From Takakia lepidozioides (taxonomy: Eukaryota; Plantae; Bryophyta), in contig CM060732.1 of NCBI GenBank assembly GCA_030704615.1, forward strand, positions 45,074,001-45,138,000: DNA of 64,000 nucleotides, in the 5' to 3' direction. The notes beneath the pieces are model-generated. The model was not told the DNA's origin and did no database searches. It worked only from the letters and a program-made list of their open reading frames with translations. Every line of letters starts with the position of its first letter. Position 1 is the stretch's first letter. Of the stretch, positions 53,107 through 64,000 are shown piece after piece. The position numbers and the translations under genes were made by a program.

Positions 53107-56100
53107 ATGACAGCTCCTAACAGCAATCCACAGTTGAAAACTGATCCCAGAGCTTTTGTCACAAAAGCTTTATTGGTGGTGGTGAAGACGACGTTGTGGT
53201 TGCTCTTGTGGGGGGTGGCTTTATTTTGGTTGCTGGCATGGTGGTTTGTGCCAATCAAAGCTGGGTCCAAATTGACATCATTCTTCATCAACCATACCAC
53301 CACTAGCTTCATTGGTGATGATGGTAACCAGATGATGATCTCGCCACATTCTCTTTTCCATTGTATAGGATTTGAACATTGCATATATGCGGTAGACTAG
53401 TCAAGTAGGCCTCTCAGGTTCTAACATGAAACAATATATGCGTCACGTGCATGCAGGACCAATTTATCTGTTGTATTCGGGGCCCTTCATAGCAATAGCG
53501 TTATTGGGAATGTTGTATTTAGAACTACAGAAGCGTTTCCCCAACAGGTATTCTACCTTCTCTATCCCTTCTCTTCTTTTTGTAGTCATGCTTGCTTTCC
53601 AAACATTCGTCAAGAGCCCATCTATGGAAAGGACCACACTAAACCAAATTTTGCCTACAATAATAACAAGCAACATAGGGCTCTATCATGCCTTAAATTA
53701 CTCAACAAAAATGACATCCAACCAACAACATCTACTCAAATAATAATAATAAAGAGTAGAACAAGGTGTTCGTCATAAGCTCATAGGCACAAAGAAGCAA
53801 TCTTTCGGGCCCAACTTTGAAAAGCTCTAACATTTTGTATGTCTAATCAAAATACTAGGATGTTATTTGCATCCTACACAATGAATCAAGATGAAAATGG
53901 TTGACTGTGTCGACAAATCTTCATCATGCAGTAGGCTTTGCAAATATGGTGGCGTTAAACAAACTTGAATTTTAGCCATCAATATTTGCTTGGTAATATG
54001 TCTCATTACATAATTAGTAGAACAACTCTTAGCTCCTATCTAATTTGATTTCAATTTGAATCTTCCTTCAAATAGGTGGTGTGATCTAGCACTAGTAGTA
54101 GCTACCCTTTGAAATATTTACAAACTGAGCATCAATAACTTCAAGCTTTTTCTTACCATTTTGAGTGTACATGTATTAGGATACAAAATTTCAAAGGACG
54201 ACCAACATCTTTAAGGCGGTTATGGAAACGGAGGTACACAAGTATCTGGACACAACCCATATTAGTGAGGGGTCCACTTGGAATAGTGACAGTCATGGAC
54301 ATATTCCTACTTGCAATAGTTGTGGCAACGGTCTTATGGCTATTCCTCAAATCCGTTATTCCTCAATTTCATCTTATTGATGCTGCTCCACCAGGAAAAC
54401 TTCAAAAGTAAGTTTTCAATACTATCATTATTCTTGACTATGCACATATATAGCCATGTTATCTTCTAAGGGTTTGTATGCAAAGACCCTTTGTCCAATA
54501 GTTGTTACCAATCTTTGATGGTACATATACAAATTTTGGACTAAATTCATGCGTAAGTTTAGTTTAAGACTTTACTAATCTGAGCTTAGTTTGATATCAT
54601 AACAGGTACAATAAGGATACTGCGAAAAAGTGAAACAAAATGAAACTTTGTGGGCAAGTTTTAGTTTACATAAAGTTGCGGCATAATTGAGATTCAATAA
54701 CTCATTGAATAAATTGTGAACAGATATCAACAAAAATTGGGGTATGCTGGAGTGGTCATGGGGAGAATAGCAGCATTTCCATTGGCTCTCTTATTCATCC
54801 CAGTTTCAAGAGGATCTCCAATTTTACGATTGGTGGATGTGCCTTTCGAGCACGCAGTCAAGTACCACAAATGGTTGGGGCACATTACGCTCACGCTTTT
54901 TGCAACACACGGTCTTACTTTTATTGTATTGTTTGCCTCGGAGCATGCTATCTATAAGGTGGGTAATTAAAAAAAAACAATTTGACATTTTACCTTCTTT
55001 GCTTTTAATTTTTTCCAAAAATATTTTTCTTGGGACCATACTCTGCTCCCTTTGTTATATGTGTGTGTGTATTGTTAACATATTTATAATGTTGTTTCAA
55101 ATTTATTTCAATTTATGGGTTGCGGGAGAGAGACAAGTCACAAAGCCAATTGCTTGTTTTGTATCTAATCTTATTTGATCTGTTTTCTGCGCAGTTGGGG
55201 TATTGGAAGGTATCTGGGATATCAATATTGGCAGGTGTAATCGCACTTATAGCTGGGCTTATGATGTGGATCACATCCATAGGTCCAATTCGGAGGTTAC
55301 TCTTTGATGTGTTCTATGTAGCGCACCATCTATACATAATATTTTTGGCATTCTTTGTCTTCCATGTTGGAGACAAATCAGCAGGTTACGTCCTTGGTGG
55401 TATATTCCTTTTCTTTTTGGATCGCTTCATCCGGATGGTTCAATCATGTCAAACAGTTAGCATTTTGTCGGCACAACTTTTGCCCACTGGTGTTATGGAA
55501 TTAAAATTTCCAAAATTCCCAGGTATGTTAATCTAGGAAATCCACACAAGTTTTTTTGGATTATAAGTTATTAAAAAAAAATCCTAATTTGAATGATGTG
55601 ACATATATTCATATTATGTTATAATAAACTATAGGTATAACATTTTTGGCTAGAGATGGAAGGTCATCGACTTTTACTTTTATTGTCTCATTGATATATG
55701 ATGTTTGAAATCAGATGTGGATTATAGTGCTCTAAGCTTTATGTATTTCAACGTACGGGATATATCACTTTGGCAATGGCATCCTTTTAGCGCAACATCA
55801 AGCCCCCTTGATGGAACCAACAATATATCTGTTTGTATTAAGCCATTGGGAGGTTGGACAAAAAAACTTCATGCATCCATTCATGACGAGTCCATGAAAA
55901 ATCCAAATTCAACAGTTGTTTGCCCTTTTGGAATGAAGCTGTTCGTTGAAGGTCCCTATGGTCACGAATCAAACTATTTTCTAAGGTATGTTTAGGGTAC
56001 TAATGTCCACAATCAATATTCTGAATCAATAATATATGTGTGTGTTGATCATATCTTTCTAGGAAGCAATCCAAAATTGATTGAATTTCTATGCCATTGT

Positions 56101-57298
56101 TTTCTCCTAAAAAATAACAAAAATATGTGGATTTGGAGCAGATACAAAGTTTTGCTACTAGTGGCTGGTGGGATCGGAATAACACCATTCCTAGCAGTTA
56201 TTCGAGATTTGTTGCATCGTCATCAACAAGAAGAAGATGGACTGCCAACAAACATTGAACTCATTTGGAGCATGAAAAACAAATCAGAGTTAACTACTTT
56301 GAAGGGAATTCATCCTACAAGACTTTTTTCAAATTACTCGGAGGGCAAGTGCAAAATTGATGTGAAAGCATATGTAACAACTTCCGATCATACTAACCAA
56401 TTAGTTGAAGACAATTCTATGACAAAACCAGGAGAAAGCTATCTTCAAGATTTAACAAACAGAAAGTTGCCCTCTCCTATTGTTGGAACAGGAAACAACT
56501 TATGGGTGGCAGGAGTCATCGTCTCTGCAACCTTTGGGTTTATGTTGATGTTGGGAGTATTCCATAAATATGTGGTCTATCCTCACGACCACCCAGACCA
56601 CGGAAAGCCCTTCCCACAATGGATCCAGGTCTTATTTTTCTTTGCAAGTATGTTGATAGGGATTGTTGGTTTTGGTGGGATTGTCATTGGTGCTTGGAAC
56701 CTACATATAAGTAGCTCAACTCTCTACAAGACCAATACATCAGATAGTTCCAATGATTTGGTCGAGGATCTGGAAAATGAAGAAGTGTCTCTTCTTGACA
56801 AGAGTATCGTCACCATCACCGAAGGCACACGACCGAAGTTTTCAGGTATTCCTCTCTCAAACTCCATGTTTTTCATTGACTTGAATGTCAAACAAATTGT
56901 GATTAGTTTCGGACGAGAATGTTGACTATGTTGGATTCTCATGGCAAGAAATTGCTAGACCATGTATATAACACTTCAAAAGAGTCCCCTCTATGAAGAT
57001 ATGGTGGTCTTGTCACCTTATGTCTACATATTGAAGTGAAAGAAAAAACCAAAAGAAGAGAGACGAGGAATTTTGCACAAATTGATCTTGCATAGTCCAA
57101 ATGAAGTATTTCAAAATGTGGTTGTGGGATGCAGAACTGTTTGAGGTTGCAGAACATCAGTATGAAGGTGAAGACGTAGGGGTGCTTGTGTGTGGCCCCA
57201 AAGGCTTGCAAGAGTGTGTTGCTGCTGAATGTCGTTCCAAAAACTTTAGCAACTCGAAGACACAATTTCACTATCATTCTGTTAGCTTCAACCTGTGA
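53107..57298 (+). CDS. FRO: Ferric reduction oxidase (ferric-chelate reductase), about 8 exons
   Basis: FIPVSRGSPILRLVDVPFEHAVKYHKWLGH, FYVAHHLY...FHVG, QWHPFS (FAD), VEGPYG, LVAGGIGITPF (NADPH) and VGVLVCGP...FHYHSVSFNL. Confidence 0.95.
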
Positions 57299-57435
57299 TG
57301 TGATGATGATGAGTTCGGGCTGGCAATGGAATCTACTCTTGACCAGTATGACAATATGGGCAGTGGTCTTTGTAGTAGCCCTAAGGGTAAACGCCGTGGT
57401 TGTCAAAGAGAGACCGCTCTTTCTCCTTACACGCT

Positions 57436-57511
57436 TGTTACACAATGGAGAATCCAGTTTTGATGTCACTAGGTTGACCCCCTTCCGCCCGGGCCCTTTT
57501 AGTGTACATAC
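57436..57511. repeat. Fragment of about 75 bp from the element A LTR end
   Basis: TGTTACACAATGGAGAATCCAG...CCGCCCGGGCCCTTTTAGTGTA matches 2735-2812. Confidence 0.85.
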
Positions 57512-57771
57512 ACTGCTTAAATGAAACAATTGGGAGGTTGGAAGAGTAGCAATAGAAAGCCCACCCATAGATTTCAGACTTGTCCGAGTGTTTGTGTATA
57601 TTCGTACAATGGTGGATTTTTAGAAAACAATTGTTGACCCATTTTTTGAGTGCATATCTATATTGTACAATGTCAGCTTTTGAAAAAACATTTGTTGCCC
57701 TTCCCAACTGCCCTACAGTGGGAAGTAGACCAGCTGGAGGAAATGTGACTGTTTGGGAAACTGCTGGAAGT

Positions 57772-58238
57772 TTGGGAGAGAGAGAGAGAGCCGGAGATTA
57801 GTGCTCAACATGCTCTTGTACGTGCTCACAGCCAACCTTGCACATACAGGGATCCCTGTTTGATTTGTCCTGCAAAGCAACGTGAGGCCGGGTGGCTACT
57901 GACACCCCACAGCTGCTGCTCGCTGAAAGTGCTTTGGCACTTGGAGCTGGTCTCATGCAGTTCTCGCCGATGCCATTGGCCTTCGGATGCTGGGAATGGA
58001 GCCTGGCAAGAGATGTTATAGTGTGATAATGTAAGGCTGTTTCGCGCAACTTCCGTTCTGCAGCTTTTCTGAGCACTGATTTTGTTGAATGCGGGAACTT
58101 CTCCACATTTCTGGATTGCCAGTGCTCCTGGTCTCATGAGTACTAGAGACACCATAATTATCTTTCTCCAACTAAGTCTTCCTCCTCTCTAAAACTCAGA
58201 GCCACAACCATGATATTCATGGCAATTGGCAGGTCGTG
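57772..58238 (-). pseudogene. Duplicated ASPM terminal exon with flanking intron and 3' UTR (copy of 15492-15962)
   Basis: About 470 bp of high nucleotide similarity in the same orientation. ORFs 15525..15830 and 57798..58106 are near-identical in part. Confidence 0.92.
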
Positions 58239-58515
58239 CATGAAAAGATGGGATTATGTTGTAAGGATCAAGCCCTGAGTCAGTGTGAGGCGCTCCTCCA
58301 TGCATGCCAATTATGAAACAAAACATGCTGATAGAGAGGAAAAACATAGAAAAACAAGCAGGAATGAAAGAGGGGAACTCGACTGTAGTTACATGAGTGA
58401 CTCAGACAAAAATACTCATGGTCAAGGGCAGGACTATTAGTCCAGACACCAGGCTTACCGCCGTGCCTTGGTTCGCCTACAGTGGGGCCAAAGGGAGTAC
58501 TCTGCCCTGGATTAC

Positions 58516-61500
58516 CTATCTGAGATTGTAAGCATTTCCAGTGATTACATTCTGATTACCATACCCCCATTGCTGCTTACTCCTCCCCATGCCCCCAATA
58601 CCTGGACCTTGCAAATAGGCCCCTGGTAGGCCAGTACTGTGATGAGGTGGCCTTGCAGATGAACATCCTGGTCCTAGATATGGAGATCCCAAAACAGTGG
58701 GTATGCATACCCCTGTTTCTGGAGTGGAACTCATTGCTGGAGGCTGGTAGCTGAATGAGCTGTGACGTGTGAGTTGTTCGTGTGGGGGGACGGGAGTCCC
58801 TTGCACTAGACCTGGGTAGGCTGCAACTGGGACATGGAGGCAAGTCAGGAGGGTCATATGGGCAGAGGGAGCATCTCAGGGTGGCAATGGCCGAAGTCCA
58901 AGGACTAATACAAGTAAGGGGCTTACCATAACGCAAAGAAGAGCACCTAGACCTATCAAATTCATGACTAATGCCAGAACACACACAGAAAAATACTACG
59001 TTGTTTTAACGTAGTCTACCATACATAGCTGGGGAAAAATGGAAGGAAAAATACTGCTGGTACAGGCTTTTGCAAAGTGACAAACCCCTACTGACCCAGT
59101 GGGAGAGAAAACTAGTGAAACTCAAACATCCTCCCAAAATCATACATTAACTTTGGTAAGACTCACCTGTACTTGTTGGTGGGAGTCTTAACTCAGGTGC
59201 TGACGCTGAATGAGGTTGCCAACTAGTGGCAGAAGTCTCTATTGGACGAGGCAATTCTTGGTATGGACGAGGACTCCTTTGGTCATGTAACTGTGGCCTG
59301 GAGCTTGGAGGGCCCCACTGGGCAACAGGTGTTAGCTGCTGAACAACTGTTTGCTCTTGAAAAGACCTCATGCGTGGGACAAATTCTTGAGTGGGAGAAG
59401 ACCACCTGGGATTCACTTCATGTGGTCTGAAAGGTGGCATCAGCCCATGCATATTTTTCAACAGAGAAGGGTTAAATCCCAATGGCCTGGCAGGAATTCC
59501 ATGTGTAGGTGGTGCCAGTGAGTTGTTATATCCTTGAGATTGTTGCTCACCTGGAAATGCATGCCTTCCCAAAGGAGAAGGGAGGGGTGGCCTAGATTGT
59601 ACTCTGTTTTGCTGGAAATCAATATTCTGTCTACCACCACCACTAAAGTATGATGGGGATTGCCTGTCAATGGACCCTTGGAGACTGATGTCTGCCATAT
59701 GCCTTGCTGCTGACCCTGCTCCTTGTGACTGCACAGACCACAAACAACCAAAAAATAGTGCGTGCGTCAGTTGGAGAGAGAGACATTAATCAAATTGAAC
59801 AATCGGCTCAATCAAGACTGCATGAAAAAGTAACGAGTGGGGAGTTTAATCTGACATCAGTACTTTGCAAATTGAATTAGCTTCCCTGTCTCCCTAACCA
59901 GATTTTGTTGAGGCCAGTAGTAGCACATTCATCTGGGAAGAGGAGATCACTGTATGGTTCAGTTCCAAGTATTTCCATGTGAAATAATGGAAGACCTCTG
60001 ACTAAGACTGTGGTGGTGACACATGAGTCAACTGCAGTACAGCTCACAGATCTAGGTTCAAAACAAGGTCCCAATGGTGGGGCACTTCTACAAGTTCCAG
60101 GGCATTCTTTGGAAGCACCCAAGATATCCTTTCCATTACATGAAAATATTATCTCTTCATCTCTTTTATACCAAGATAGCCAATATAAGAGCACTACCAC
60201 GGATGCCTCTTCATGGTGGAAGGATCCCCTGCCTTGGCCCCTGCTCCTGCCGCCTCGACCCCTCCCTGAGTAGTCAGATCTGTCACCTTGCCCAGGGGCT
60301 CTTCCACCTGAAGCCCTCCTGTGTCCTCTGTCCCCATTTTCCTTAACCTGAGACTGCCGTTTTTTCATTGTTCTTAGCCGCTTGGCAGCCTCCTCTTTCT
60401 CATCATCTGAGAAAAACTCCACCTCCTCATCAGCCAGTTCTTCATCATCAATGCCTGAAGCATCACAGGCTTTCATGTGCAGGCTGGGATTGTCCAAAAC
60501 ATAGTTGGCAAATTCTGGCACATAAGCAACCTCTTTTCCCACAACTGCCCCTTCAGGTACTTCTGACTCATTGTTAAATCGCACAAGGTAATAGGGCTTC
60601 TGAACAGGGCCAAACACTTCGTCGATCAAACCTAATGGTACCAGTCGATCCAATAGCCAGAGAATGGAACCCTCATTTAGTACTTGCTTGTGGTCAGTTG
60701 CTGCCACCACTAAGTGGTTTCCTAACACCTGTTACAAGGAGGGGCTCCATTAGCAAACAAACAACTCTCAACCAGGGACTGTGTGACTTTAGTTCAGCAA
60801 GCACCTTCCAACATAGATAAGATCCCACTCAACCAGAAGGAGAATCAAGTAGCTCCCTTGCACTTCTGTCAAAGAAACACAAGGATTGTGCTAGAAACAG
60901 CAGAGCACAATGCATCAATCACAAAATGAAAGCAGCTAAAGCTCTTTCTTTTCACTATTGACAAGATGCCATACTGAAGTACACTGAGGTATAATGTGGG
61001 GCCTTGGGATGCCATTCTGGACTATAATTCTACTATAAAAAATAGTCTGCGTCGAGTTCATGAATTAAACTGCAATCTTCCATCTGCATGTAGCCTTAAT
61101 TTTCCTTTGTTCAGGCGTATGGGGAGCAGGTAAGACTATCTGAAGCCAATGGATAGCAGCAGTGAAGGAGATTTCCTTTTAACGGCACGGAGTCTACCAC
61201 TCAAGTTCCTAAGATATACTACCGCTTGAGACTAACAACATGGATACATGAGATCCTGAGAAGAAGTCAGGAGAGAAGGGGAAAGATTCTCACAGAAGAA
61301 ATAGTGCCAATAGGTAAAGTTTGATGATGGGCTTGCAACACTGTATCCACCTTTGGTACTTTGGGTAGTACCTGCACCCACCTTACAGACCTCACAATAT
61401 TAAGGTCAGCCCTGACAACCGAGAGATAGTCACCTCGTCCCTCCACCTAACAGTGAAGTTCACCTTCTACAAACAAGGAGCCTGTGATCAGGCCACAATG

Positions 61501-62716
61501 CAAGCTCAGTGGAGAAGAGCTAAGATTTGAAGAAAGGATGGCACTCCAGCTACACAGGTGATATGGACAAAAGATCGTTTCAGGGCCAGCTTTCAGATAA
61601 AAAATTATAATTCTGCTTCCTTTATTGCATTCAGTCTTGAAGCAAACTGCCAAGTTGTGATATAGAACCAGGCCAATTAAGCTGCTCGTTTGCAACAAGT
61701 AAAGAAGGTCCCATAGATTTCGAAACAAGGGGGCACTGCAGTCAAACCGACGTGTGCCAAAGGAGTTAATTATTGCATTGCAGAGAAACTTTAATAATAA
61801 CCGCAGCAAGAAAGGAGAACACTGATTCAGTTGCCAACACCCAAACACACAATGAAAGATGAACATGAGGACCAGAACATACAGCAAGTTCGTGCTTTGT
61901 GCGGGGGGGACCTTCTTCCTCGTCGCTGCTCCCTCCCTTGTCCTTATTTCTCGGTTGGTCAGCATTTTTTATCTTCCTTCGAATCTCTCCCACCACTGTC
62001 GCAAAATCTTCTTTCTCTTCATCACTGGAAGATTCTGACAGCTCATTGATGTCCTCGTAAGGATCGCTGTCCTCCAGAGCCTCAATCTCATCTTCCTCCT
62101 GATCTTTGACCTCGCTCTCTTCCTTGGCGCTGCTGTCGGTTCCGTCCCCCTCTACCGATTTCAGACCCCTCCCTTCCAAGCTCATCAGAGAGAGGTGAAG
62201 AGAGCCTACATTCTTCTCACACTCTGATGTCCGGCTGTCCTTTCGATCCGTATTTTCTTGTCTGATTTCGCCACTCTCCAGCTCTTCATCCGACGGGCCA
62301 ACATGGAACTCACCTCTTCCAGTACCAACAACAACCCAGTTTGCACTACTTTCATCTTTAACTTCCTGCCCATTTTCTTGTTCCATTCTCTCTTGAAGGC
62401 TCTGATATTCTCTATGTAGCGGTTCGACCTCTCCCGTCTCGTCCAACCAGCTGTCCCACAGATTCTCCCCCAGAGCAACCTCCCCGTCAGTAACCAGCTC
62501 GACTAGTTCCGCTCCCACCAGAATTCCACTACCCATAGTTCCACTAACGTCAAATTCAGGAAACACAAGCTCGGCTTGCTCCATGTCCAGCGCAATGCCA
62601 TTGGCGAACACATCTCGTCCAACGTCTCCATCACCCTCCACAGTGGGCAGCCGAAACAAGGAGCCCGGCATTGTGCAGCTAATCGGTGGAAATTCCACAG
62701 CAGGCTCGCCAGACAT
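58516..62716 (-). CDS. NAF1: H/ACA ribonucleoprotein assembly factor NAF1 (Gar1/Naf1 domain), multi-exon
   Basis: Acidic N-terminus, PPRTKHEL / LPKVPKVD...LPIGTISS / VLNEGSILW...PLGLIDEVFGPVQKPYYLVRF...DASGIDDEE...FFSDDEKE, and a Pro-rich C-terminus. The 3' exon structure is approximate. Confidence 0.9.
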
Positions 62717-63544
62717 GCCTCTTCTGTTTTCCCCCTCAAACTAGCTGCCTCGCACTTTGTGCGTGTGCTGTGTAAGGCGCACACCTTGCCTAAAACCCTC
62801 GGCTTTAGCCCCAGTTCACTAAACTGGGTGACGCCGCCACCCAGATGATCCCTCTACAGTGCCTTCAGACCTAAAGTCGGTTTAGGTTCCTTTCCAGCTG
62901 CAGCTAATCACGTTCGGAATTGTAGTAGTACTTTGCATGCCACCTCAAGTCCGGTAATTATGCACAGCCACATCACCACAGCCACAAGCGCTCATTTTGT
63001 GTTTTGGGAGCAAATCGATCCCACAGCAAATCAGGTATTCATCAGATGTCAAGCCAGGTGGAAGAAATGGTGGGACCATCAACTCTGCTGGATGAGTTGC
63101 AGCTGACTTTGTCACCGCCAGTCATTCATCTCTTGACTCCTGCTTTTCGTGATCAGAGCGCGCCCTCTCATTGCGTGTGAGAAGGCCGGAGGTTTAACAT
63201 CATGCTGCAGATTGACGGGCCAGACTGTGGAGCTGTGAGCTGGGTAGCCAGCTCGGCCAGGGCGGATATCGAAGCCTTCAGAGCGATGGTTCCGCAGCCA
63301 TCAGGGATACTCGATAGAGGTATGGAGTCTGGTCATAAAAATCGTTTTGCAATTTCTGGGGTCTGGGAACTTTACTTCGGAGCGATTCAGGCTCCATACT
63401 GTGCTTTTCCAACTACCATCTTGGTCGAAGAATTTGACTTTGTGGGAATGCATCGGCATTCCTATTCCTCCTTCCATCAGGTCCTCCAGTAATTGTTCGA
63501 GTATGTGGAATGTACGTTCATATTCATTTCCATTCATGGCATTT

Positions 63545-64000
63545 GAGAGAATGAACTCATGAGACGTTGTTTGCGGTAGCCTTGTTTCCATAGACCCCAA
63601 ACATAAGCTTGGCAAGGGGTTACTGCCTTGAGCGGAAGAAAGGGAATAGATACTATCTTCTGTAAGGGACTCACTCAAGTGACTTACCGTGATATAGACA
63701 ATTAGTTCGGGTTTTTCAGATATCCTCTAGAAAGCCCTTCACACAAGCATCAACTTGCTGCGGGTGAGCTGCCCAGCAATTAGACCCCGACAGGGCAAGG
63801 GCTCTAGGCCTCAGGAATTACAAAGTTGGTAATCAGAGGTGCGGAGACAATGTTCTTGATGTTCCTGAAGAGGGTCACTCTCTGGTGAGAATATCCCGGA
63901 CAATGTATCAGATAATTGATATTGTCTTCAGGATGCCCACACATCGGGCAATTACAATCTCCTCTTCGTCCTGCATCTGTGTATTGTTCAAAGGTAGGTT
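63545..64000 (-). mobile_element. 3' end of a non-LTR retrotransposon (LINE ORF2 C-terminal zinc-finger region and 3' UTR)
   Basis: The minus frame reads CNCPMCGHPEDNINYLIHCPGYSHQRVTLF...VKGFLEDI*KTR, the typical LINE C-terminal pattern. The 3' UTR ends GAGTTCATTCTCTC, and homologous tails occur at 49.3-49.8 kb. Confidence 0.7.

Noticed and set aside
42510-57298. Functional cluster of DJC77, ClpB and FRO
   Set aside because: ClpB is a pseudogene, and adjacency alone is no evidence of co-regulation in a plant genome.
63301-63678. Myosin-like ERTFHI motif ORF
   Set aside because: There are no other myosin motifs, and the ORF's first half is LINE 3' UTR.

Overview
Eukaryotic nuclear DNA from a land plant, probably a non-seed plant (inferred from the intron-rich plant gene families and TE types). 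Bases 1-15.5 kb are a nested transposon cluster: a CACTA end with a PPR fragment, a Ty3/gypsy element split by later insertions, a copia remnant and a CpG-rich hairpin array. The rest holds six apparently intact spliced genes (ASPM-like CH/IQ protein, COR413, DUF1685, DnaJ-ferredoxin DJC77-like, ferric reductase FRO, NAF1). It also holds a degraded chloroplast ClpB pseudogene that the ORF track barely shows, a long-TIR foldback element, a solo LTR and LINE 3' ends. The main finding is an LTR retrotransposon (4.1-11.5 kb) carrying an uninterrupted DNMT3-like C5 cytosine methyltransferase domain. Reading through one TAG shows this domain is in frame with the start of a gypsy reverse-transcriptase region, so it was part of the Pol polyprotein (Gag-PR-DNMT-RT). 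It now lies inverted against the gag-protease part. Exon boundaries and repeat limits were read by eye and are approximate.
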